A program made the translations under genes and the position numbers. A DNA stretch of 64,000 nucleotides from positions 2,273,153 to 2,337,152 of the forward strand of contig CP070751.1 in the NCBI GenBank assembly GCA_020348445.1, read 5' to 3'. The notes below the pieces were generated by a model. It saw nothing but the letters and a program-made list of their open reading frames with translations, was not told where the DNA came from and did no database searches. Below are positions 10,058 to 18,368 of this stretch, piece after piece (the stretch's first letter is position 1; each line of letters starts with the position of its first letter). The DNA is from Thermoplasmata archaeon (GTDB lineage: Archaea; Thermoplasmatota; Thermoplasmata; GCA-020350865).

Positions 10058-11821
10058 TCACTTCATCACACCTTGTGTCCCACATTTTGGACATTGTACC
10101 TTTTGTGGGCCAGGTTTCGTTACCATGAAAAATATATTATGGCAACTGGGGCAAGTAACCTGAAGTGTTTGGGTTTGTGGTTGGATCGGCGTTGTTTGAC
10201 CAGGTAAAGAAGAAGAAGTTTGTTGGGGATATTGTTGGATTGGATATGTGGGGGTGGGCCCTTTTGCTGCTTTACTACGCTTATACAGGACCAATGTTGA
10301 TGCTATGGCTAAAGCTACAATTATACCAATGATCCCAGACAATAAAAGTAGCGGCAACCCCTCTTCGTCTGCCCCATCCCCTCCATCCCCTTCATCCGGT
10401 TCTTCCTGTGCACTTATCACGACTGTAAATTCATCGGACCATTCTGATGAATCACCGTGGATATCAATGGCACATACTGTAATGTTGTAAGTACCTTGTG
10501 AAGACCAATTATGAGATAATGAGTCCGTGGTTCCAGAATTGACATAGTCTGTCTCGGAAGTATTACCATCGTCCCAATCAATTCTATACTTGACCTGGTC
10601 ATCATTTGGATCCAATGCAGATACAGAATATGAGTAAGTTTTATCCACATCCCCGCTTTCAGGGCCCTGGGGTTTATCTGGTTTATTTGGCGGCTTTTGT
10701 GGGATTGCACATTTAAGTGTCCTTTCGTTTTCATCGTAATAACTGATATGGAGATAATCCTTGCTGTCCATTGCTATAGACGAGTAGAGGCCAATATTCT
10801 TCGAGGAATCCACAGTTTCTTCGATCCAACGGGATCCATTATATTTCTGATACCTAAGCTCGTTGGTTTCGAAATTATCATTATTTATATCACCCCAGGA
10901 ATAGCATATGGTTGGATTATCATCACTGTCCAGGGCTATTGATCCTGAAAACCCACTAAATTTAGTAGTGGCTATGGTTTCGCTGCTCCATACGCCTGCC
11001 TCCCTTACAGCGTACATTACGTTAAAATAGTAAACTCCATTCATACTATCTACGAAAAAATCGAAGTAACTCATATGTGGATCTCCATTGCTGTCAAGTG
11101 TCAATGATCCGGCATGGCTAACATATTGTGGTGAATGGACGATTTCTGTATCCCAATTACTTTGGGTCCGTTTGGCATATCTCACATCCCAACTCTCATT
11201 CGCAGTGTATCCGATATGCGGATTGTCATTTTCATCCACTGCTATAGAAATATAGAAACCCACATCTCCTTGTGAATCTACTGTTTCGATGTCCCATTTA
11301 CTTCCCGTCCATTCTGTATATTTGAGGTCCAAGGAGGTATTATCATAATAGCTGATATGAGGATGATCGCTGCTATCCAGTGCAAGTGATGAGAATTGGC
11401 CCACATCTTTCTCCGAATCCACAGTTTCGATATTCCATTTGCTCCCACTCCATTTTGCATATTTCAAATCACCGTTGGTTTGGTCATAATAAGAGATATG
11501 CGGAATATCATTACTATCCACAGCCAATGATGAAAAATAGCCTATATCTCCTGCACTTTCGACGGTCTCAACCTTCCAATTGCTTCCAGTCCACTTTACA
11601 TATTTGAGATCTTCACTAGCATTATCAAAATAACTGATGTGCGGAAAACCACTGCTGTCCATTGCTATGGAATTGTACATTCCCACATCATCGGCAGGAT
11701 CTGGAATCTCGATGTTCCACGTCTCGGCCTTCACATTTTCGCTTTTAAGATTCACAAACCCAAAAAATCCCCCGATTATCATGAACCAGATAATGCTAAT
11801 TGAGACAAATCTATAGTTCAT
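10058..11821 (-). CDS. Exported beta-propeller protein with PKD-like domain, C-terminal TM and cytoplasmic zinc ribbon
   Basis: Signal peptide MNYRFVSISIIWF... (ATG 11821, RBS GAAGGCG); about 7 repeats of DVGxYxSxAxDSxDxPHISYYD; PKD-like PNKPDKPQGP...YRIDWDDG; TM helix; CPSCHNIF...CPKCG. Confidence 0.8.
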   Translation of the reverse strand: MNYRFVSISIIWFMIIGGFFGFVNLKSENVKAETWNIEIPDPADDVGMYNSIAMDSSGFPHISYFDNASEDLKYVKWTGSNWKVETVESAGDIGYFSSLAVDSNDIPHISYYDQTNGDLKYAKWSGSKWNIETVDSEKDVGQFSSLALDSSDHPHISYYDNTSLDLKYTEWTGSKWDIETVDSQGDVGFYISIAVDENDNPHIGYTANESWDVRYAKRTQSNWDTEIVHSPQYVSHAGSLTLDSNGDPHMSYFDFFVDSMNGVYYFNVMYAVREAGVWSSETIATTKFSGFSGSIALDSDDNPTICYSWGDINNDNFETNELRYQKYNGSRWIEETVDSSKNIGLYSSIAMDSKDYLHISYYDENERTLKCAIPQKPPNKPDKPQGPESGDVDKTYSYSVSALDPNDDQVKYRIDWDDGNTSETDYVNSGTTDSLSHNWSSQGTYNITVCAIDIHGDSSEWSDEFTVVISAQEEPDEGDGGDGADEEGLPLLLLSGIIGIIVALAIASTLVLYKRSKAAKGPTPTYPIQQYPQQTSSSLPGQTTPIQPQTQTLQVTCPSCHNIFFMVTKPGPQKVQCPKCGTQGVMK

Positions 11822-11968
11822 ACTAACGCCTTCTCTTATATCTGGATACATTTTGCTTTTTATTAACTTTTTGTGCGTTATTTGTTGTTTAAATGCAAAA
11901 AAGGAAGGCAATCCTACATTTCCAGTCAGCGAAGTCGTTAAGAGAGGATCGCAAAAAACCAAAAAAAT

Positions 11969-13576
11969 TCACTTGACCCACTTTTTCGGAACGGATTCAG
12001 GATCGTGGGGATCAGAGCCCCATTCCTTCTCGATTGCATCGCACCATCCATCACCATCTGAGTCCTTTTGGATGTTGCTCAGTATTTCACTTGCCTTCTC
12101 GAAGCAGTTACTATGTGAAGAAATGTGTTTCAGAATCTCTTCAGCGTCCTCCTTTGAGAACTGTCTTAAAAATGCCCTGGCCAACATCAATCGCACTGAA
12201 TCGATGCGATCCCAGGCTTTATTTTGACGGATGAACACCTGAGTCTGAAGGATAAAATCGCTAATTTTTTCGAAATCTTTCCCCATCTTATCAAACAGAT
12301 ACTTGATATCCTCGAAGTATTCCTCGGTTGTGAGCTTCGCTTTTGTGCTTTTCTTAAGGTTTCTTGCCACAATATTGATAGCATCCTTAAAGTTCCTGTT
12401 CACAAAGGGGTCTTCATCCAAGTTGATCACTTGATCTTTTCTTATTCTGAGATATTTTCTTTTACTCTGTTCCCTCCTGAAGGAAACGCCGCTTAAGAAT
12501 GCGGACTCAGTCAAATAATATGGATCGACCTTGTATTTTTTAGCTGAGGTCTTGATGTCTTTATCGTGCCCCAATATATACGATAACTTAACCTGGGACT
12601 CGACTGGAGTGAGATCACCGGAAGGAACTGCACCCAAATCTATGGGTATTAAGCCCGTGTCAAATTCAAAATCTGATACCCCTCCCAGTACCTGCGAGGA
12701 AATCACCACAAAATATTCCTCTTTAAGTGCCTTTTTTATCATAGGCATGATGGAATTCTTCTCCAGCTCCTTTGTATGCACATTTCCAGGTCCATAACCT
12801 GCAATCACAAGGCCCTTTTCGCACCTTTCCAGAAATTTCAAGTAATCCAATTTTGTAAAGAAAGGATTTGTATAAATGAGCTTTACCCCTTCCTCGAACT
12901 TACCATCATAATATGTGTTATATCCGTTTTCCTGGCTTATATCAGCGATTGTCGATGCTATCTTCCTCCAATCTTCAAAGGCCATATCTGAAGAACCTTT
13001 TTCAACAACCGGGTGTGTGTATATCTCATGATAGTATTTTCTCTGATTCTCCTGCTTTAAGAATCCCTCGACAAGGTCCGCCCCTGGCACAAGCCCTCCC
13101 TCTTCGTACCTTATGGATTCGATGGCGCCCCCGCAACGAATCAAATAAAGTTTGTCCAGAGGCCTAACGAACCTCTTGTATTTCAAGTCCTTCCCATATG
13201 TTTTTAATTCATCCCAACTTATCTTTGCGATTTCCTCCCCCGCAAATGCATCTGGTTCCCAATTATGTTTCTTCTGTAATCTCGAACTGTAAACCGTCCT
13301 ACCGAAATTAAAAATAACGGCAACACAGGGTGGATCAACCCTGGTAAGAAAGATCAAGGAATTCCTTATGTTCTCCCCTGCATCAGTGGAGGAGAAACCG
13401 GTTTTGAGGGGTCGTTGAGATCCGGTTATGGCTATGTTGCATTTCATATTCTTCATCATATATCTCAAAGCAGAAAATGCCCATGCCATTGTATCTGTCC
13501 CGTGTGTAACCAGTATCCCAAAATCAGCCATACTTTTATAATCCGATTCCTTTGATCGTTTTTTTGTTCTGGTCAA
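11969..13576 (-). CDS. L-asparaginase/glutaminase-fold protein with permuted N-domain, Thr-to-Ala at the GGTI nucleophile, and C-terminal extension ending in a Ca-binding TSP3-like repeat
   Basis: THGTDTMAW, TGSQRP, QKKH, GYGPGN and GDLTPVESQVKLSYILG in canonical order; the normally N-terminal CGGAIES...SSDMAFEDWRKIA segment lies internally. TTG start 7 nt after GGAGGG. Confidence 0.8.
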   Translation of the reverse strand: MTRTKKRSKESDYKSMADFGILVTHGTDTMAWAFSALRYMMKNMKCNIAITGSQRPLKTGFSSTDAGENIRNSLIFLTRVDPPCVAVIFNFGRTVYSSRLQKKHNWEPDAFAGEEIAKISWDELKTYGKDLKYKRFVRPLDKLYLIRCGGAIESIRYEEGGLVPGADLVEGFLKQENQRKYYHEIYTHPVVEKGSSDMAFEDWRKIASTIADISQENGYNTYYDGKFEEGVKLIYTNPFFTKLDYLKFLERCEKGLVIAGYGPGNVHTKELEKNSIMPMIKKALKEEYFVVISSQVLGGVSDFEFDTGLIPIDLGAVPSGDLTPVESQVKLSYILGHDKDIKTSAKKYKVDPYYLTESAFLSGVSFRREQSKRKYLRIRKDQVINLDEDPFVNRNFKDAINIVARNLKKSTKAKLTTEEYFEDIKYLFDKMGKDFEKISDFILQTQVFIRQNKAWDRIDSVRLMLARAFLRQFSKEDAEEILKHISSHSNCFEKASEILSNIQKDSDGDGWCDAIEKEWGSDPHDPESVPKKWVK

Positions 13577-13693
13577 AGTATTCCCTCCAGCTAAACCAAA
13601 TCACCGAAAGAGTTGTTTGAATTAAAAGTTTATGCCTAAAAGGGCGAGAAACATTCAAAAATTTAAATAACCCAAATTCATTCTCTCTAAGCC

Positions 13694-14275
13694 ATGTTCC
13701 CCTTAGGTCATATAGGTATAACCATTGGCATTGTATATCTGATGCTATCGTTATTATCCTCTAGAAATAAACTCAGCGACCCTCGTAAATCGCCATTCGA
13801 AGAACTGGATTTCCGGTTCGTTATATTTGCAGCACTTTTACCTGATATCGTTGACAAGATCGTGGGGATGCTGATATTTAAAGATGAATTCTCAAATGGC
13901 AGGATATTTATGCATTCTGCCGTCGTAATCGGCATATTGTCCATATGTTACTTCATTGCAGCCAGAATTAAATTAAAAAGTGCTCTTATTACCATATGCT
14001 ATATCTTTTCCGTATGGATGCATCTATTATTGGATATGATGTGGGTGGAACCAAAGACTCTGTTTTGGCCACTTATGGGTTTAGATTTTCCAAGATCTGA
14101 TGTTGAATTTTCTGATTACTTTGGGATGCTAATAACGAATTCCTTCACATATTTTACGGAGATTTTGGGTGGTTTGATAATAATCATATTAATTATTAGG
14201 CACAGGTTGTTTATAAAAATGCATCTTATTGAATTTATTAAGGATGGAAAACTTAAAATATTGTCTGAATCCTAG
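13694..14275 (+). CDS. Membrane-bound metal-dependent hydrolase (YdjM/DUF457-like)
   Basis: N-terminal MFPLGH, LLPDIVDK, GRIFMHS and HLLLD motifs among TM helices. Confidence 0.8.
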   Translation: MFPLGHIGITIGIVYLMLSLLSSRNKLSDPRKSPFEELDFRFVIFAALLPDIVDKIVGMLIFKDEFSNGRIFMHSAVVIGILSICYFIAARIKLKSALITICYIFSVWMHLLLDMMWVEPKTLFWPLMGLDFPRSDVEFSDYFGMLITNSFTYFTEILGGLIIIILIIRHRLFIKMHLIEFIKDGKLKILSES

Positions 14276-14961
14276 ACGAGAAATAAGTGAAGTTCCTTGC
14301 TTTTTCTTAACATAGGCATTTCTTTCTTTCCCCCATCTTGGCCCTGGTCATACAACCTATATCCAAAGACCATGGAAAAAATTGCTATTGAAATGATTGG
14401 GATCATCTCCGCGATGGCATTTGAGCCTGAAGGTTGGGGCATAAAAAAAAGTGGAACAGCAATAAGTCCGAAGGCTAAAAGAGCAAATGCAAGCCATCCA
14501 AGGGTCCTTTCAGATTTTTTTTTGAGGGCCATCCCAATGAACACGAGGGACACTCCAACCAATATAAAGAAAGTGATGGAGAAGAAGGTATGGGGGGCGC
14601 CTGTGGATTCCGGGAAAATACCAATTCCGATCAATGCGCAAGCATCCATAAGGTAGAACGAGGATCCAATTTTACCCAGTCGAGAATTCAATGCAGGTAT
14701 CTTTCTCATGCCAACCACAAAACAAACACCCAGGACACCTGCTATCACAAGACCGCAGTTGAACAGAACCGAAGCCATGCCGTGTGCAGCCCAAATGGGT
14801 CTATCCCCTGGAGATCCTCCCAAATCCGAGAGGTAGTTCTCTGTCCAACTGAACCAGGGACAAAGGAGAATAGCAAGAGCGATGCATGTCAATCCAATTA
14901 TCGGTGCCAGTATCCCGCAGAGCCCGGATATTCTTGTTGAGACAAAGGAGTTTCCGGTCAT
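14272..14961 (-). CDS. DUF998-family membrane protein
   Basis: GILAPII...PWFSWTENYLSDLG, FN.GL...G, GIGIFPE...HTFFS with about 6 TMs. Confidence 0.75.
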   Translation of the reverse strand: MTGNSFVSTRISGLCGILAPIIGLTCIALAILLCPWFSWTENYLSDLGGSPGDRPIWAAHGMASVLFNCGLVIAGVLGVCFVVGMRKIPALNSRLGKIGSSFYLMDACALIGIGIFPESTGAPHTFFSITFFILVGVSLVFIGMALKKKSERTLGWLAFALLAFGLIAVPLFFMPQPSGSNAIAEMIPIISIAIFSMVFGYRLYDQGQDGGKKEMPMLRKSKELHLFLV

Positions 14962-15128
14962 CTTTTCATTAGCAAATAAGAGTAGGGGTTTTTTAACTTT
15001 TATGGGTCCGGTTGCCCCTTCCTCTTTTTGATAAAAAATATATAATTAACACACTTCTTCCACCACTTGAGTGTCATTTTGATAAAGATTTAAGTTACGA
15101 TTCTTATTATCTGCAAATTAAGTTTTAC

Positions 15129-15533
15129 TTAATGTTGATGAAGTTTTAATATCTCAATTGCCTGTTCGAGTTTTCTATCTCTTTTTCCGGTTTTAATCTT
15201 TTTCTTTTTTGAAATATCCTCAGCCTTTTTCACGATCTCCTTAATGTTCGTTTTTTTAACGATGGCCTTCCAGATTTCCTCCCATTCCCCTTGGATTGCG
15301 TTTACATCCTCCCCCCATTCAATTGGATTGACATAATCGATTCTTTCGGATAACCTATGAGTTTTTAATTTTAAAATATCGAGTTCCTCATCCAATCCCA
15401 CATAATAAAGCTGGATATCTTCTTTTTTCAATATCCTTTTAATTTCCTTCAGCTGGTTACAATCATTGATGATTTCGTGTAGGCTTTGTCTTAACTTAAG
15501 CCTGTATATCAAATTTAGTGTATCCTCGTCCAA
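15129..15533 (-). CDS. Hypothetical helical/coiled-coil protein
   Basis: 134-aa ORF, TTG start with upstream GGGGAAG, charged helical composition; no family recognised. Confidence 0.6.
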   Translation of the reverse strand: MDEDTLNLIYRLKLRQSLHEIINDCNQLKEIKRILKKEDIQLYYVGLDEELDILKLKTHRLSERIDYVNPIEWGEDVNAIQGEWEEIWKAIVKKTNIKEIVKKAEDISKKKKIKTGKRDRKLEQAIEILKLHQH

Positions 15534-15715
15534 GTATCTTCCCCAGATAGTTCTGTGTGATGTATGACCTATCGAATATTAAAATTTATGCCCAATTAAG
15601 AATACAACCTAATATTCTTTCCCTGGTTACCTAGATGTTGATTTAAATATCAATAATATATGTAATGAAAAATAGGTACTATTTTTGTCAAATGAAGTAA
15701 AAGAAGAAAAAAGGC

Positions 15716-16153
15716 TCAACTTTCACTTTTTGGTACCATTTCCAACTTTTCCTTTAGAGCCATAACGACCTCAAACAGTTTCTCCTTGCAATTCTCGTCA
15801 TCTATATGCCGTTCCATTGGCCCCTGGGTAAGAAGGTATATATCAGGGCGATCATGTAGTGACATATAAGGAACCATGAGTATCTTGAGGTAAACATTCT
15901 TCTCTTTTTGGATTACCTCAGCTTCTGCAGCGTACCGATTCCCTTTTTTGGTCAGCGCACCGCCTGGAATAATTGAGCGCTTGAAGGCCTTCTTTCCTTC
16001 ACCCCATATTGCAATATGACGCATAATCTCTTTATCCCATTTTTTTTCCTTAAACTTGAACTCTTTATCCTCCAATACCTTCTCGTATATTTCCATAAAT
16101 GAGTCCACTGTTTGATCCTTTACAACGAATTCATCCCATATTCCTTGTCTCAT
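15716..16153 (-). CDS. Hypothetical protein
   Basis: ORF with normal composition; ATG 16153 (MRQGIWDEF) preferred over the upstream GTG; no family recognised. Confidence 0.6.
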   Translation of the reverse strand: MRQGIWDEFVVKDQTVDSFMEIYEKVLEDKEFKFKEKKWDKEIMRHIAIWGEGKKAFKRSIIPGGALTKKGNRYAAEAEVIQKEKNVYLKILMVPYMSLHDRPDIYLLTQGPMERHIDDENCKEKLFEVVMALKEKLEMVPKSES

Positions 16154-16432
16154 TTTAATCACCAAACCCCGTATCCACAACTCGCCTTGTCTGTAAGGTC
16201 GAGCCTCTTATATTATCAAATGACTTCATTGAGTGGGATGTGATTAAAGATATTTATTTCTTTTGTGAGGTTTGGAAATGAAGGTCATATGATGTTTTTA
16301 GACTTATATAATGCAAATAATTATAATCCTCCATATATCCCCTGATAATTTATCGAAATGTTTATTACAAAATATAAACATCTCAATTGTAATCAGAACT
16401 TCAAAATTAAGATGATAAGGGGGATATTAATC

Positions 16433-16777
16433 ATGAACATGAGAGTAATGGGGATTGTCAAGGAAAAGGAGAGTGGAAAACCACTTTCAGGCTTACTTGT
16501 TTGTGCATACGACAAAGATCTAATCTATTCTGACTTACTTGGAAAAGCTAAAACCGGCTCAGATGGAAAATTTATTATTGAGTACGATTCTAAAGACTTC
16601 CAAGAGCTGCTTGATAAGAATCCTGATATCTATCTTGATATCTATCGGGAAGCTGATGCAAACATTGCCCATCAAAAAAAGGTCAAACCCATATTCACAA
16701 CCAAGAAATCCATTAGGTATAGCGCAAGTTCCTCGGAAAAATTTTACATAGAAATTCCACGGAAACGATTGGGTTAG
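16433..16777 (+). CDS. Small transthyretin-like/prealbumin-fold protein
   Basis: RVMGIVKEKESGKPLSGLLVCAYDKDLIYSDLLGKAKTGSDGKFIIEY...NPDIYLDI; ATG 16433 after the RBS AAGGGGGA. Confidence 0.6.
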   Translation: MNMRVMGIVKEKESGKPLSGLLVCAYDKDLIYSDLLGKAKTGSDGKFIIEYDSKDFQELLDKNPDIYLDIYREADANIAHQKKVKPIFTTKKSIRYSASSSEKFYIEIPRKRLG

Positions 16778-17247
16778 CTGCTCTTTAAACGGAACCTGAT
16801 GTTTTTTACTCGGTTTGATCAGGAGGTTGTATAAATAACTTAAGGTTTCAAGGGAGGTGTTTGGTTTTCTGGGAGGTATTTATCCTCACAAATACATAAA
16901 ACAAGAAACTCAAGTCGGTTTTTTATTGAAACTTTCCTTGTGTTTTTTTGCTTTTAATTCCCATATATAAGCTCGTAATCTACCTCGACAGACTATGGCT
17001 TTCTCGTGCGGCAATTTCCCGCGGCGAATCAAAGAGTGCTCTTCTGACAAATCTATCACCTTGACCTATGTTTATTTGCCCCTTCATTTGATATAAAAGG
17101 AAGTATACAAATTTCGATGCTGATTATCATAACAAAAATTCACTCTAATATGATGTAAATACATATTTTGGAATCGAAGCGCCCAGCAGATTTCAGAAAA
17201 GTCATACTCCAAGGGCACTGACCAAATTATCGGGAAATAAGGTCTTT

Positions 17248-17379
17248 TGTCTGACAGAGTTTAAGTGCTCTGCTTAGCTTTAAAATAAGAATTTAGCTAT
17301 GGTATATCCCAAGAAAATGACATAATAGAAAAACTTATATAGTCTGACAGATATATATGTATTGTCTGACGAATGTCAG
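17248..17379 (+). promoter_or_regulatory. Putative promoter with repeated GTCTGAC boxes and a CTGAC-N4-GTCAG palindrome
   Basis: TGTCTGACAG at 17248, GTCTGACAG at 17342 directly after the TATA-like AAAACTTATATA, TGTCTGACGAATGTCAG at 17363-17379; a further TCTGACA at 17043. Confidence 0.45.
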
Positions 17380-17522
17380 TCAAATGATGGAGAAGTATGA
17401 TATAGACCTTTGTTTACGGGCCTATTAAAACGCTAGAAACCAGACATCTGGAAATTCTAAAAAAGCAGCATACTTACCATCACTCCTGTAAAATGCAAAA
17501 AAAACGAAAGGAGGTGAAAAAC

Positions 17523-17960
17523 GTGAAGGTATATCCAAGGAAAACTGCCCTTACTGCGGCAGTGCTTTTCCTAGTGATGGTCTTTGCAGCACCTGTTGTA
17601 TCTGCATCTGAGGACTTCGGCTCTTACTATGACGGCCCATGTCAGGCAGATAATATACCTGAGATGGATCCATACGCAGAGCCCCAAGACCCCCCCATGG
17701 AGGAGCCTCAGCCAGAAGAGCCTAAAACTGATCCACTCCTTGAGGTAAAGGATCAGCCAGAAGATCCACATACACCACCACCGGAAAACCAACAAAGCAC
17801 AGAGCCCGAGGAAATCACACCACCTGATATACCTCAAGAAGTTGAGGAGGAACCCATACCACCAGACCCCATTTCCCCAGAGGAGCCCTCACCCGGAAAT
17901 GGTAAGTCGAATGCCCACGGCAAAGGATTCCTACGCAACCTCTTAAGAAAAACTAAATGA
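17523..17960 (+). CDS. Secreted Pro/Glu-rich low-complexity protein
   Basis: GTG start after AGGAGGTGA; signal peptide ...AAVLFLVMVFAAPVVSA; PE/PD-rich body; basic amphipathic end GFLRNLLRKTK. Confidence 0.75.
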   Translation: MKVYPRKTALTAAVLFLVMVFAAPVVSASEDFGSYYDGPCQADNIPEMDPYAEPQDPPMEEPQPEEPKTDPLLEVKDQPEDPHTPPPENQQSTEPEEITPPDIPQEVEEEPIPPDPISPEEPSPGNGKSNAHGKGFLRNLLRKTK

Positions 17961-17967
17961 GATCCAT

Positions 17968-18020
17968 GGGTAAGGACCTAAAAGCCCCTTACCCTAATCT
18001 TTACTTATTTTATTTATTGA
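17968..18020 (+). terminator. Hairpin plus T-rich tract after the Pro-rich gene
   Basis: GGGTAAGG (17968-17975) / CCTTACCC (17987-17994) perfect 8-bp inverted repeat followed by TAATCTTTACTTATTTTATTT. Confidence 0.6.
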
Positions 18021-18120
18021 ACAAAGAAATTCAGTCTTTTTTCCGAAGATCGGCATAAGACTTGTAAGCTATATCCATAAGCGGATCAAGTATGTCATTA
18101 CAGATAAATAGAGGCTGTCA

Positions 18121-18188
18121 ACTTTGCCCCTCCTCCGTGTTCCTCTTAATCCCTATTTAAAAGATATTTAAGGAACACTTTGCCCCTC
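18121..18188. repeat. 12-bp direct repeat enclosing an 8-bp inverted repeat
   Basis: ACTTTGCCCCTC at 18121-18132 and 18177-18188; GTGTTCCT (18137-18144) / AGGAACAC (18171-18178). Confidence 0.7.
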
Positions 18189-18368
18189 GGTTATGCTATT
18201 AAATAATAGATCTTAAACCTCAGGGCTCCCTGCCCTCTCCTCCCACCCTAAACATCCCAAACCAACAGCATATAAATCCTGTAAGTTGACACCCACGATA
18301 AATGAACCGATAATCTTAAATCGCCTCCACACCATTGGATTTCTCAGATAATATCAGGGGATATCCAT

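Noticed and set aside
11969-13576. Assignment as GatD (Glu-tRNA amidotransferase subunit D)
   Set aside because: No GatD N-terminal domain, no GGTIAS motif, TGSQRP instead of TGAQRS, and no gatE in the window.
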